Notes: generated by a model from the sequence alone, not told the origin. 59,191 nt of DNA, filler included, from Circinaria calcarea (GCA_051942165.1; 5 parts of 5 records of this genome joined end to end with filler, not necessarily neighbours in it), one strand, 5' to 3'. Shown: positions 47,448-59,191, counted from the first letter of the whole stretch. Translations and numbers: made by a program.

Positions 47448-48056
47448 GAGCATGGTGCTGAAGATGACGCGATTGATCTGTTGAATAAGACCCTCTCAGA
47501 GTTCTCGATGTCTGGAGTCTATATACGTCCTGTCCCTTCTGGCACACCCACCACGAGGAAGAAAGTCAACGAGCGCAACACCACGACCGCCTGGTGCAAA
47601 TTCGTCCGGGCAAACAACATGACGACCAAGGGCAGCGGGCGCACCACACCTACACAGGAAGCCCATCTGGCCTTTTCGCAATGGAAACGGACACGCAAGC
47701 AAGCAAGGATCGTTGCTGCCAAAGTTGAAGCGGAGGATGCCATACGCCAGAAAATGCTCAAACGCTCGCCACCTCAAAAAGATAGGAAGGTCAACGAGCG
47801 TAACACTCAAACGGCCTGGTGCAAGTATATTCGAGCTACGGCGGTTTCAACCAACGGTAGCTGGGTGAGAGACAAGGAGGGATATTTGGCCCTTCCGAAG
47901 GAGCAAACAGCAAAGGTCGAGAAACGCAGTGGCCGTACAACGCCTACGCCCGAGTCTTATCAAGCTTTCGTGGAGTGGAAGTCATGGCGCCAGAAAGCCA
48001 AGAAGTGGAGGACATTTGGAAGCACACGCCTGTGGGGAGACAGTAGTCGTTGGTAG
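47448..48056 (+). CDS. Hypothetical basic protein with a tandemly duplicated domain, 5'-truncated
   Basis: Frame is open from the contig start; two copies of KVNERNTxTAWCKxxRA...SGRTTPTxExxxAFxxWKxxRxxA. Confidence 0.75.
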   Translation, partial: EHGAEDDAIDLLNKTLSEFSMSGVYIRPVPSGTPTTRKKVNERNTTTAWCKFVRANNMTTKGSGRTTPTQEAHLAFSQWKRTRKQARIVAAKVEAEDAIRQKMLKRSPPQKDRKVNERNTQTAWCKYIRATAVSTNGSWVRDKEGYLALPKEQTAKVEKRSGRTTPTPESYQAFVEWKSWRQKAKKWRTFGSTRLWGDSSRW

Positions 48057-50666
48057 CTGTCTAGTTTATTGAGTACGACGCACTGTATGAACTGATGAAA
48101 ATTCATTGAAGTCGTTGTTTTTCATTCATAAGCAATATATGACGCTTGGACCTTTACTTGGACCTATTGATTTATAACACACCCATGTACTTGTAACCTC
48201 GTTCCGTTCACGAACCTTTTCAACACCGACAAGACTGAATGTTTAGAGCTCCATCAACTGCTCTCGTTATTCTCTCTACTTCAAAAATCCCTTTGCATCT
48301 GATTACCGCATATTCATATCCACATCTAAGGTTGAGACAGTATGCCTCTCCAGTCCCACACCAAGGAAAGAAGCTATCAGAAGCGTAGTTCAGAAGAACA
48401 ATGGGCGCCAAAAGCCTTTTCAGGAACCAAAAACGCGACCTTTCCTCCTCTTATGCATCCTAAACCTCCGGAAGAGCACACATTTCTCGAACAGCCAAAG
48501 CGCCCAGGCGGCTCGACTCTCGCACTTGCCTTGATATCTTGGTGTTTTCTATTTCACGTTTCAACGTCACTTCTCCGCATCAACCTCTCAAATAATCTAC
48601 CTACTATTCCCCTGTCATGACCGTATCCCCTTCTTGTTTGTCTACTTAGACCAAATACTCTCGCTAGATATAATTTTCATCTTTGAAGAAAACACCCAAA
48701 AGCTACAGCTAATAGACCATCAAATATCAACATAATAAAAACAAATTCGAGCTACTCTTTCGTGTTCCCCAGTTCCGGGAATGGTTTGTCTAAACCCGTA
48801 CCACGGAAAGGTTGAATCAAATGCCCGAAACGCGCGGCGGCGATCCTATCACGCTGGCAATAGCCGGTGTGATTGATCAACCTCGTTGTCTTTCGAATCT
48901 GAGGTTTTTATTGGACGCCGCGATAAATACCTGGCAATTTAGTCCAGAAGATCCACGATATTAAACCAATCTCGATCGTTTTCGGTCCCAGCAACTACGC
49001 CTCCAAAATGACGTCCAAAGGGCACAACAATATGATATAAGGCAGCAACAGGAAAATGCCTTGGAAAAAGCGGCAAATCGGAAAACATAACACGGCGGAG
49101 ATACGATACATGTTTCGATAAGCACAAGAAATGCGAGAAGTCAGTAAACGGTGGGGCGTGCAAAACTTGTAGACAAAAGGGGGCAGTATGTTCCTTTGAG
49201 GAGGAAGAAGAAATAAGACCACGGTTGAGATGACAAATTATTCGACTCTGAACATATCAGCTTTTGTTAAATAGAGAGCCAATTATACCGTATGTTATAC
49301 AGAAGTTCTGTACTGCCCATATTAGTACTAGCGTGGGCTGCAGAGTTTTCCCATTGGCTTCGCACTTTGCGAACCATACATCTTATGTACATGTTACACA
49401 ATACATTGTGAGGGATATAGGGTGCTCCGCTATGCTCCTAAGGTATAGGCAAAGACGCTGTCGAGAAGAGGTAGTGGGAGCCTGAACAGTGAAGAATGTG
49501 GGGGGGGGGGTATATAGCACGAACTGACTGCTACAGTATAGTGCATATATAGGAGGGATATCGGACGGTATCAGTATTGTATTTCTGACTGCTATCCTGC
49601 TATGCTATGCGTGTAAAGGAGTGTGTATGTCTCGAAGTCCTCCATGCCTGCCTGCCCATTCCATATGCGCGCCCAGTCACTAGTCGCCTTGGCTCCACCA
49701 CAATATCGACTATTGCGTACATATTGAATACCGTCTTAATACATGGCTTAAGTCCCTCCCTACCAAACCTTTAACAAAAAGAAAATATACAAAAAATATA
49801 AAAATATAAAAATACATAGAATTAATATCCGGCACATTTCCCATCTATTAGGCATAGCGTAATTTCTGGCGAGTTACCCATATCTCTTAAAGTGTGTTGC
49901 AACCGTGCACGCTATGGTACAGGGTATTTCGCGCCCCAATAAAACCTTAATTCTAGCCGCGAAGAAATGCTACGCTGTATACAGTAGAAATTTGTGAAGG
50001 AAGCCCTCCCCCTTACTAGTATAGCGTGCACGGCTCGTTCCGCCGGAGGTTAAGGGGATATGGAAGCTATGCAAGGAAGTCGGGGCGATACAAACCCAAC
50101 CAAAAGCAAAAGCTTAGCGACATTCCCCACCAACCAACATCGGCGGGGAACTGAGAGCTGTTGTGCCGCATTTAATTCTGTCGTGACGGGATTGCCCGAG
50201 AGGTAGAATGGAAGGCGGCCCAATCAGTATCGTTTCCCCACCATCTTCTCCACGCGATCCGATCCTGATATTCGCCTATTTTCGCTTTTTCCGGTGACGC
50301 CTCTGGTTTCACCCCCTGGCCTCCCTCTCGCTTAGGTGGTCGGATACTCGATTGACCGCTCCGACTTGCAGGCTCCGAGATGCCGGTTAGTACGCCCTCA
50401 AGCTGCTGAATATTTATAAAGTCTTGGCTCTGAAAAAGTGTGGGAAAGAATCTTCTAATCTTAGGATAATCTGCCTGGAGTCAGAATGCCTTGGGCGGTT
50501 AAAAGAGGGGTCGGAATCTGGTACGTGTATATAGATCGGCTCCATGCCTCAATTATAATGCAGCGGTTTTTTATTCGTACCGAGTATTATAGGCGTCCGT
50601 CTCTCTTTTCGCTCTACTTCCTGGGCCATCGACGCTGCACTCCGGGCCTGCTTTTGTACTTGAAAA

Positions 50667-51809
50667 ATGCTGTACCTCGTCGCCGCCCTGCTCCTCGCAC
50701 CCTTCTTCCCTCACTCCACCTGCGCAGACCAAATTGCTATTAGTGACCTCCCTCTTTTCAGCCGCGCCACGGCGCGCGTCCAGCGATGCATCCAAGCACA
50801 GCAGTCCAGCTATATCAGTACCTACGGTTGCACCGTCACCAACCCGGCCCCATGCCTTTGCTCCGACGCCAGCAGTTCTTACCGCGTTGCCAGCGCCATC
50901 AGTGACTGCGTCGACGTAGGCCTATTGTGGACTGATCCCCGCTCGGAGTACACCACAGCCACGGACATATTCGCCTCGTATTGCCTCACCAACGCCGGCA
51001 TTTCCGCTCGTGACGAAACCCTTCTCCAGGATTTCCCCATATACACCCAAGGGCCGTTTGAGGTCGCGGACTGCGCTACGAGTGTTTCCTCCGCGTACAG
51101 CAGGAGTCTTGGATGTGATTTCTATAACCCGGCATCTTGTCTCTGTGGGATCAGCCAGAGCTCGTCTGTGATTCAGAGCGTGATGCTCTCATGTGCCAGT
51201 CGGCGGCTGTATAATACGGAATCGGAAGCTAGTACCATCACGCAGCTGTGGGGGTCCTACTGCGCCTCGAACCTCGCCACCAGCGCGACCAGGCAGCTCG
51301 GGGCCGTGATTACCCAGTCGGGCAGTGCGCCGACAGAAGCAGCTTCATCAGCAGTACCCTCAGCTACAGCTTCAAGACCTACGAGTAAGACTCCTTCAGC
51401 CTTCCTCGATACCCATGCTAATTCATTCGCTCCAGACACCGCCACAGGCACACGAAGCCAATCTTCTTCCTTCTCCACCTCACCCACAGAAAATTTTAGC
51501 AGCTCTAGTTCTAGCAGCTCTAGTTCCAACAGCTCTAGTTCCAGCGACTCTAGTTCCAGCGACTCTAGTTCCAGCGGCTCAGGTCTGAGCGTGGGCGCAC
51601 AGGTCGGTCTTGCAGTTGGCTGCGCTGTTGGCGCCGCGGTGCTGACGATGATGGCGACGTGGTGGAAGCCGCAGCAGCTGGGGCGCTTCTTGACATGTGG
51701 GACGTGGCCGGCCAAGAAGTTGGATAATAAAGACGCGCGAGCGCAGATGACACAAGTTTTGACAAGACCGTGGCGGCCGGGGCCGCCGCCGCCGCATGCT
51801 AACGTGTAG
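50667..51809 (+). CDS. Type I membrane / cell-surface protein with two CFEM-like Cys repeats
   Basis: Signal peptide, two C-x13-C-x7-CxC-x15-C-x22/24-C repeats, Ser/Thr stalk (18-bp repeats ~51501-51575), TM helix (GLSVGAQVGLAVGCAVGAAVLTMMATWW), short tail ending RPGPPPPH. Confidence 0.85.
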   Translation: MLYLVAALLLAPFFPHSTCADQIAISDLPLFSRATARVQRCIQAQQSSYISTYGCTVTNPAPCLCSDASSSYRVASAISDCVDVGLLWTDPRSEYTTATDIFASYCLTNAGISARDETLLQDFPIYTQGPFEVADCATSVSSAYSRSLGCDFYNPASCLCGISQSSSVIQSVMLSCASRRLYNTESEASTITQLWGSYCASNLATSATRQLGAVITQSGSAPTEAASSAVPSATASRPTSKTPSAFLDTHANSFAPDTATGTRSQSSSFSTSPTENFSSSSSSSSSSNSSSSSDSSSSDSSSSGSGLSVGAQVGLAVGCAVGAAVLTMMATWWKPQQLGRFLTCGTWPAKKLDNKDARAQMTQVLTRPWRPGPPPPHANV

Positions 51810-52566
51810 TGGTTGGTATATCATAAGTGATGACTAGGATGGAGAGCTGCGGCTATAGTGGCGTGAATATGGCCTTCGCTGCAATGTCGATTTTATTTTT
51901 TATTTTTTATTTTTTAAGGGGGCCGGGGGGCGTAAGAAAGTTTTCTCTTCGTCCGTGACTATTTCGGGGTGATTTCGACGCGGTTGCACTTCTCGGGAGA
52001 AAGAGGAGGAATGCGGGTCGCCTAGGGTAAAAAGGGGCGGAATTTATGGGCTTCTGGTGTTTTGATCTTGGCCGGAGAAAAGGCCGCAGGTAGAGGGCTG
52101 GGAATCAGTACGGTGGGCACTCGTAGCCGTGGTATTGTTAGTAATAACAGTAGCAGAAAAAGGAAAACGGAAGAATAAAATCATCTAAAAATTACATACG
52201 ATTGAAAATCCGGTGCATCTCCTACTAGGCATAGCGTGGTTGGGGCTAAAAAGGAGGCTAGGGAATGGGGACTATGGTCACCTGACATGGAGTGCAACAG
52301 AAGTGGGAAAATTTGACAAGGTGGGTATTCTGCTCCGTACGGGGTATGCATGTTCGGAGTGCCGTTTTCCAATTCCTAGGACTGAAAAAAGGGCGGTTAT
52401 AAAGGTGGCCGTAGAGAGTTTGGAAAATATGTTAGATACACTCCTTGATACCCGTTCGCCTTTTGCCTATTGCCTATTTATTCCAACAGCGGGTATTATA
52501 GAAGACGCCGAGATCTGCAGGTCCCCAGTGACATGACCAAAAGACGCCAGATTGGAGAGACAGAAC

Positions 52567-55500
52567 CTAGACGCCTCGGAACTAGAACGGGGAAGGGCTT
52601 GATTAGTAAAATGGAATTTCCCAGGTAAGAAGGGTTAGGATATAGAGACTCACTAGCCGAACAACCAAAAACCACATCGCCCCGATAAACCGAAACAGCG
52701 ACAACCCAGCCACGCTCCAGAGAACCACGGCCAGATAAATTGTCGTCCTTTTACTCCCAGATCCCGAGTCTGGGGCCAGCCCCTCCTGCCCGGCCGTACT
52801 CAATACCACAGCCGCTAGCGCCAGGTTCGAAAACATCCAGACAAGGACCACGGCGCTGCGGAATCCTTTGTAATAATCTTCTTGCTTCTCGGCCGGATTG
52901 ACTGTTTTGACTTCCTTATCGGCCTTTTTAGCAATAATAGACATTTCGGCTTCGTACTGGTCATTTAGGTCGCCGTCGTTGGCGGGCGCGTCGACTTCGA
53001 CTTTTCCACCAGGTTTGATGTTTGCAGATGGCAGCTTGACGGCTTTGTCGTCACCTTTAGTGCCCCAAGTGATGTCGTGTGTATTACAGAAGGCGTAGAC
53101 GTTGAGGATGTTGATGTAGGTAGGTGTGAGGAGAAGGTATTGGATGAACTATTAGACTTTAGTATCGGACATCACACACAGAAATGTGGATCCATTCTGG
53201 GTGAAACTTACGGATGTAAACATATGCCAAGGATCGAAAAACAAGAAGGAAGCTACGAACCACAACACGTATGTTGACAGTAATGAGACGATGAGTGTGA
53301 AGAATATCTGGTTTTTGAAAAGTTGTGAAAACGTAAAAGCTTCCTCCCTCAGTTGACTCTGAACCGAGATGGTGGTGATGTAAATCGAGGCAAACATCAG
53401 GTAAATCATTATGACCACCCAGAAATATACCATGGTCATGTAAAATTTATTGGATCCTTGTGGACGATTACCCAGGGCAAGAACGAAACATGTTACGAGG
53501 GTAGCAAGGTACAGCCATTCAAACACCACGCCCAAGATTTCACCCGTGTTACCCAGAAGACTGGCGTCGCCAAGAGAAGTTGTCAAAATGCGGAAAACCA
53601 GGAAGAAATTGCCCTAAAATTTGCATTAGCCAGAACCATGGGTGAAAGGACCGAGAGGATCACTCACGACAGCAAACCAGGCAAAAAGCATATTGATGGA
53701 TTGATAGGTGAATTCGATAAGGAACATAAACTTCCTTGTTCCACTGTGGTCGCTCCGATATATTTGGTAAAAATGTGCTATTGCATAAACCGCAGCAAAG
53801 AAGCTTCCATTGAGCCATCGGCGACGCTGTAGAATGAATTCGGTCATAGTATCGGGCACATCTGTTTCTCCAGTGGATGATTTGACGTATTGCAAAATCC
53901 ACCGACAGTTCCTTTTCGCCACCAGTTCGAAGCAGAGAATACGGTCCTCAGCAAGGTACATGTTGGCCGCGAAAATCCCAGCATTGTCTCCGTGAAGCTT
54001 TTCGCCCAGAAAGTACTTTTCCAGTGGCCCTTGTCCGCTTTTGTCGTTTTGTAAGGCAACATATCGATATGCGGAAAAAGCACCGGGGAGTACAGAAATA
54101 AAACCGAATGCAGACTCTAACGGCTTGTCAAGGATATTGCTCATTTTGTATTCGAAGTTCTGCGTGGCTATCAGAGGATTGATGAGCTTTTTGCCAGAGG
54201 ACAACATGGCTTTGATTTCTCCACAAGCACCACCACACATTGGCTCCAGGTCGAATGCCTTCCACAGGTGGTAGATGGAATCTTTCCCAGGCTTCGTACC
54301 CGCATCAATGAGAACACAGATGTTGGGATCTAGGACCCGCCCAAAGGCTTGGAAGAACCATCTATGCGAGTTGATCTTCTTTTGATTCTTCTCCTTTAGA
54401 CAAAAAAGCATTTGAACCGGAGTGGCCCCTCGGGGTTTCAGCTGCACGGTTTTACCCTTCAGTTCTAGTCCCACCTGCGTAGTATATTCGTATATGTGAG
54501 CGGTGACGTCCTTCTTGTTTACCTGCTGCTTGGCTATGCCATCCTGATATACACCAAGACCTGCTAATACCGCGCGTGTCCTGGGATTGATCTTTGCACG
54601 CCCATCACTGACAACGCATACCACAATCTTTTTCCAGGCCTCCTTGCCCCAGGTCTTACTGCTAGTTCTCGAGCACATATGTTCTATGTTTTTAAAAACA
54701 CCCATCATTGTCCGCGTGAAGAGAAAGTCATCTTCATTGTACATGGTGACAACGATGAATAGCTCGGTATGCCTGGGCTTTGCAAAGAGGCGCTGGCGGA
54801 GGGTGAAGCGTTCTTCGTAGAAATCGGCTGGATCGCAAGTAGCTGCAGAGTATCGCATGTGAGTAAATTCATCTCGTGCAGGGGCTTCAGCGTGAGGCAC
54901 TTGGTTTAACAGCTTTGGTGGTATTGGACAATCAAGAACCAAGTTTCCATTGAAAAGCTGGACCTCCTTTATAGTCTTCCACCTCCTAAGCGGCTTTGGA
55001 GTGGGCGTGGGTTCCGGGTGTGGGGGCTCGTATCCTTCATCATAAGCCAGAGGCGTTTGTGGATTGGGTCCGTAGGCATTATCGGGTCCGAGTATTGGTT
55101 GTACATCATTATCATCGTAAAAGGGTTGTTGGTCATGAGTAGGATAGTGACTTAGGTCATGTTCTTCGTGCGGAGAAGGTTGGTACGGCTGTGTGAAGTA
55201 GGCATCATGATGTTCTTCGGGAGAGAGAGCGTAGTCGTTGGTGGGGTAGTTATAATCGGGCCCTTGATTCTGATGATTCGTTTCGTAATGTTGGTTGTGG
55301 CCGTATGAGCTGTTGATGTTTTCCACCGAGTAGGTAGGCTGTACCGCCAGTGTATCACTCGACCAGTTGGTATCCGGAGGCATTTGGAGAGGGGCCTGTT
55401 GTGGTCTATACGGTCCATCCTCGAGCTGGTAGCCATGAAGTGGCTGCCCAGGCGAGGGTGTCCTTCCAGTATGACGGGGGTCCATTATCGGTGAGATATA

Positions 55501-55728
55501 ATCGTCTTCTTCTCCGTGATGCCCAGCGTAGTCTAGATGAAAAGGTTAACAGGTTGATCCACACAAGCCGTCTTAAAGTGGCATGGACAAGTGATTCGAG
55601 TAAGTATATATTTTCTCCGCAGGCGCAACCCGACTCGTTGCAGCAGCGAAGCGGAGATGTCTGTGCAGACACAAGGGGAAAGAAGCACAAGTCGGAGACA
55701 TACCTGGGCCTAGGCGATTATATGCCAT
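52567..55728 (-). CDS. Chitin synthase, class I
   Basis: [66 protein letters not shown]. An upstream exon MAYNRLGP (55728-55704) splices in frame via intron 55533-55703. Three further introns near the 3' end; last exon FRGV*. Confidence 0.95.
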
Positions 55729-56414
55729 CCTTGCGATCACCTCGGGGCGAGGGCACGGTCAACAGAGGAGGCTAGGTGACGTGGAATGTTGCTCAGCCGT
55801 CACAATACGTCTCAAATCCTATGTAGAACTATGGCAGACTTCGGAAGAACAGTGATGTAGTTCTACACGTGTTGCGATCATAGAGTGAGCTTGGGAAAGG
55901 CTTCACTCAGCGAGTACGGATGAAAGATTGTTTGTTCCTGAGAAGAATAGAATCGGCTGATGTAAACAACGTGACGATCCGAAGGTACAGTATCCTCGTC
56001 AGCAAAGTGATTGGGGCGACGTCGATCGTGCAGCCAACAAGTGTCTCCAAAAATCTGCCTCGATACTGAGTAATACTACCGCTCGAACTCGCCGCACCTG
56101 TGTGGCTCAGAACCAATGCCCCTGATGATTGGTCTCTATATGTAACTTCGTAACGGAAGCTGTGGTCATTCGTCCTCCGACTAAGTTCGGCATCCCCCCT
56201 GCCGATGCTCCGCCCGCTTATTTACGCGTCCCACCCCAATCTTCAAGCTAAGGGCTGATACTCTGTTTATACAGCCGCACATAAACACAAATTCACATGA
56301 AGCTCTGAGTACCTAGATACCTACATTCGCCTGACCTCCAGTGCCTAGTGCCCAGTGCCCTGTGCCCTAGCCTTAGAGTCTCCTATCTCACCCCTCCTAT
56401 TTTCTTCCCCAATC

Positions 56415-57003
56415 ATGGCCACCTCCTCAGGACTACCCTCCCCCCAAATCTCAGTCCTATTCGTCTGCCTAGGCAACATCTGTGAGCCTCCAACTCACGG
56501 CCATCCCCACCTCCCCACCTGACGCACCCCCGCCAGGTCGATCGACAATGGCCGAAGCTGTCTTCCGCTCTCTCACCCACTCCAACCCCCAAATCTCCCG
56601 TGTCGACTCCGCCGGTACAGGAGGATATCACATTGGCAGCGCCCCAGATCCCAGAACAATGGCTACGCTGGAAGAGAATGGGATTGGGGATTACGAGCAT
56701 GGCGCGCGCAAAGTGCAGCTGTCGGACTTCAAGGACTTCGATTACGTTCTAGCAATGGATGGGGATAACCTGAGGGACTTGCAGCGTCTAAGACTGCGAG
56801 CGGCTTCGAAAGGTGCCGACGATGCCGAGGGCAAAGGAAGGGTGATGCTCTTTGGAGATTTTGGGGGCCGGAAGGGGGAGGAGGTGGATGACCCATACTA
56901 CGGCGCGAATGACGGGTTTGAGATTGCTTACGAGCAAATGGTGAGGTTCTCCAAAGGTTTCTTGAGGGAAGTGCTGGGCGAAACGGACAAAAGTGACACA
57001 TGA
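56415..57003 (+). CDS. LTP1: Low-molecular-weight protein tyrosine phosphatase
   Basis: SVLFVCLGNIC|RSTMAE P-loop split by intron 56482-56536; DSAGT, FDYVLAMD, DDPYYG. Confidence 0.95.
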
Positions 57004-57142
57004 TCCCTTTCTGCTCGTTTAGCATGGCACTGGCGTCACGGTAAACGTGAGAATCACGTTACATGGATCAGCCTGTTTTTGTCTTCTGTCCACCGTTGGT
57101 TCTCGTGGAGGAAATGAGTAATGTAGAGACCTGCGGACGCTG

Positions 57143-58558
57143 TCAAGGTTCTCCTTGTGCTTCAGCATGGTCGACGGAAATATTATTCTCGAGTCTGATA
57201 CGTCCCTCACGCTCAGTTCTGCGAGACTGTTGCCAGTCATCAAACACATAAGCACCATGTATCAGCAGGCCAGCCAGAAATCCGATTCCGTCATTTTTGG
57301 CCGCGAGGAGGGCACCAACAGTCACCACCATAACCGACCACCTTCTCTTCTTCTCTTCCGTACTTACGTCTCTAAGTCGCTTGCCCTCGCAATCATCCGG
57401 CTGAGAACTGTCGTATTCCCAAAAGTCCCTGGCCCCGTCGGTATTTAGGCTCTCACCTACCTTTGCCAACTCAAGCCCAGCGATGAATAGTAGTATTCCA
57501 AGTTGCAACTTCGGAAATGTATCAAACAACTCGAGAGCATACTCAACGGCAAACAGGCCAATGACAAGCTTGATCAACCCGAGAAATATCACACTGGAAC
57601 CCGAGCGGGCACCAAACCGATACTGGGCTGCTAAACCACCACTACCGTGGCATACTGGCATAGCCCCAAACCAGCATCCGACAAGATTTATCGCTGCCAC
57701 GCTTAGCCCAATCGAGGTCGAGGAAGGTGCCCGCATATCTGGGATCAAATCTGCAGAAAGAGAGGTGACAGCAACTATCGAGTTTAGAAGTGTAAGAGGT
57801 ATCTGTCCCAGCCCGGCATTGAGAGCACCAATGCGAAAGTCTTCTGGTGACGGGAGCATTGCGTGTGGTTTCCAGAACGTAAAATGTAGAACACCCCAGG
57901 AAGCACCTCCGAAGGATAGCAGGAGCATTAGGACAATCAGATGCAGCACCAGTATAATGAGCACGTACGGTATTCGTGGGTGCGTTTGGCAGTATAGCAG
58001 GAAAACAAGAGTGAAGAGCAACATAATCGCCTTAGCATAGGCTGCCCAATTGTCAAATAGAACCAACGGTCCCCCGGATATCATAAGTGATAGACCTGTC
58101 CCAAGCTGTATGCCTTTGACGATGGGGATGGGAACCCGCCGTGTGAACCATTGAAGCAGGCCGGTGATACTTAAGAATCCAATAACACCGGCGACGAGGA
58201 GACCAGCAGACGCCATCTGACCATGATTAAAATTCTGTGCAATGGCCACAGCAGCGATCGCTTTCATGGGTTGTACTGGAAGCGGGATTCCAAAAAATGC
58301 TCCTGTGAGGATGTTGGCAAGACCAGAAAATACCAAGGTGCTAGAGACCGAAATGCACCCTTGATTATCATAGAGACGTCCAGTCGACGTTCTTGATAGA
58401 GCAATAATGATTGGAAGTAGAGTTCCAAGGTCTCCAAAGGCCCCAGATATCTCCTGCCACGGTTGTTGGCGGAGAATCCTGATATTTCGTTTATGAATGC
58501 TCTTCAATCTTTCCAGCTCGTTACCAAAGGCCTCCGTGATCTGCATTCTAGGCATCAT
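57143..58558 (-). CDS. MOT1-family molybdate/anion transporter
   Basis: EISGAFGDLGTLLP, PLPVQPMKAIAAVA, VKGIQLGTGL, QIPLTLLNSIVAV, GAMPVCHGSGGLAAQYRFGARSG. Confidence 0.92.
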   Translation of the reverse strand: MMPRMQITEAFGNELERLKSIHKRNIRILRQQPWQEISGAFGDLGTLLPIIIALSRTSTGRLYDNQGCISVSSTLVFSGLANILTGAFFGIPLPVQPMKAIAAVAIAQNFNHGQMASAGLLVAGVIGFLSITGLLQWFTRRVPIPIVKGIQLGTGLSLMISGGPLVLFDNWAAYAKAIMLLFTLVFLLYCQTHPRIPYVLIILVLHLIVLMLLLSFGGASWGVLHFTFWKPHAMLPSPEDFRIGALNAGLGQIPLTLLNSIVAVTSLSADLIPDMRAPSSTSIGLSVAAINLVGCWFGAMPVCHGSGGLAAQYRFGARSGSSVIFLGLIKLVIGLFAVEYALELFDTFPKLQLGILLFIAGLELAKVGESLNTDGARDFWEYDSSQPDDCEGKRLRDVSTEEKKRRWSVMVVTVGALLAAKNDGIGFLAGLLIHGAYVFDDWQQSRRTEREGRIRLENNISVDHAEAQGEP

Positions 58559-58923
58559 TATATTATGCAGTACTCCAACTGCAATCAGGGGCGAAGGCAG
58601 GTCAAACTGGAAAGGCAGAGTTAAGAAAGGTAGTGCATTGGATTATGTATCACCAGATGCTCTCAGAGGAAACATGAAGAAATCTAAACGCCGATAATGC
58701 AAGGGGTTTATGTGAAGGGAACAGGAAGCAAGAAAGTTTCTGTAAGCCTAACATGCGGCGGCATATGTTGGTTTGCACTATCTACAATGTGACTTGACCG
58801 CAGGCACTTTAACTCCTTGCTTGCAAACAATGCAAACATTTCGAAACATGTCAACCCCGACAAGTATATCAACTTCAATCAGACAATAACAAATACAAAG
58901 TACGGTGCATTGAGCCGTCAATC

Positions 58924-59191
58924 ATGTCTCTTCATCTTCCACACCGCCGGCTGGTCCAGTCAGGTAGACTCGTATGTCACCTTCTCACTCATTCACTACT
59001 AATCTACAAAACCTCACAGCCCTGACCCTCCACCGCCTACCGCATTGCCCTCCGCACTACCTCCTGCCTACAACCCCCAAGCGCACTATTTTCAACCTTT
59101 TCCGCTCCTCCAAACGCGCCCCCCCTCTCGACCCCTTGGCAGCCGACTTCCTCAAAAAGAAACCCAGCGCCTCCAACCCCATCCTGCCCCC
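58924..59191 (+). CDS. 5' fragment of a probable mitochondrially targeted protein (possibly mitoribosomal uL22m)
   Basis: MSLHLPHRRLVQS|ALTLHRL...KRTIFNLFRSSKR using a GTAGAC donor and CTAAT..CAG acceptor (~59019). The Arg-rich, acid-free N-terminus looks like a presequence; the identity is only recalled resemblance. Confidence 0.45.

Overview
Eukaryotic (filamentous ascomycete, Pezizomycotina-type) DNA, not one continuous locus. Four artificial 100-nt spacers (44 N + TTAATTAATTAA + 44 N) join five unrelated contigs of descending length (1-11772, 11873-23638, 23739-35496, 35597-47345, 47446-59191), so adjacency across spacers means nothing. Contigs 2-5 hold ordinary, mostly intron-containing fungal genes: BTB protein, UBL-WLM protease, SNT1-like SANT protein, GLO3 3' end, FOL1, nitronate monooxygenase, L-galactonate dehydratase, CRD1, WOPR transcription factor, TDP1, class I chitin synthase, LMW-PTP and a MOT1-family transporter. 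They also hold a few orphans and one decayed pseudogene. Contig 1 is the anomaly: no recognisable housekeeping gene, only a dense set of mostly intronless orphan ORFs rich in RGG, RS, Pro and coiled-coil segments. It includes an inverted paralog pair differing by one helical module, apparent shared motifs between the ORFs, and many in-frame TAG/TAA stops consistent with RIP (repeat-induced point mutation). It is the best candidate for something undescribed, but I cannot assign it a function. No rRNA, tRNA, CRISPR array or transposase was recognised. Gene calls are from motif recognition by eye, not database searches.
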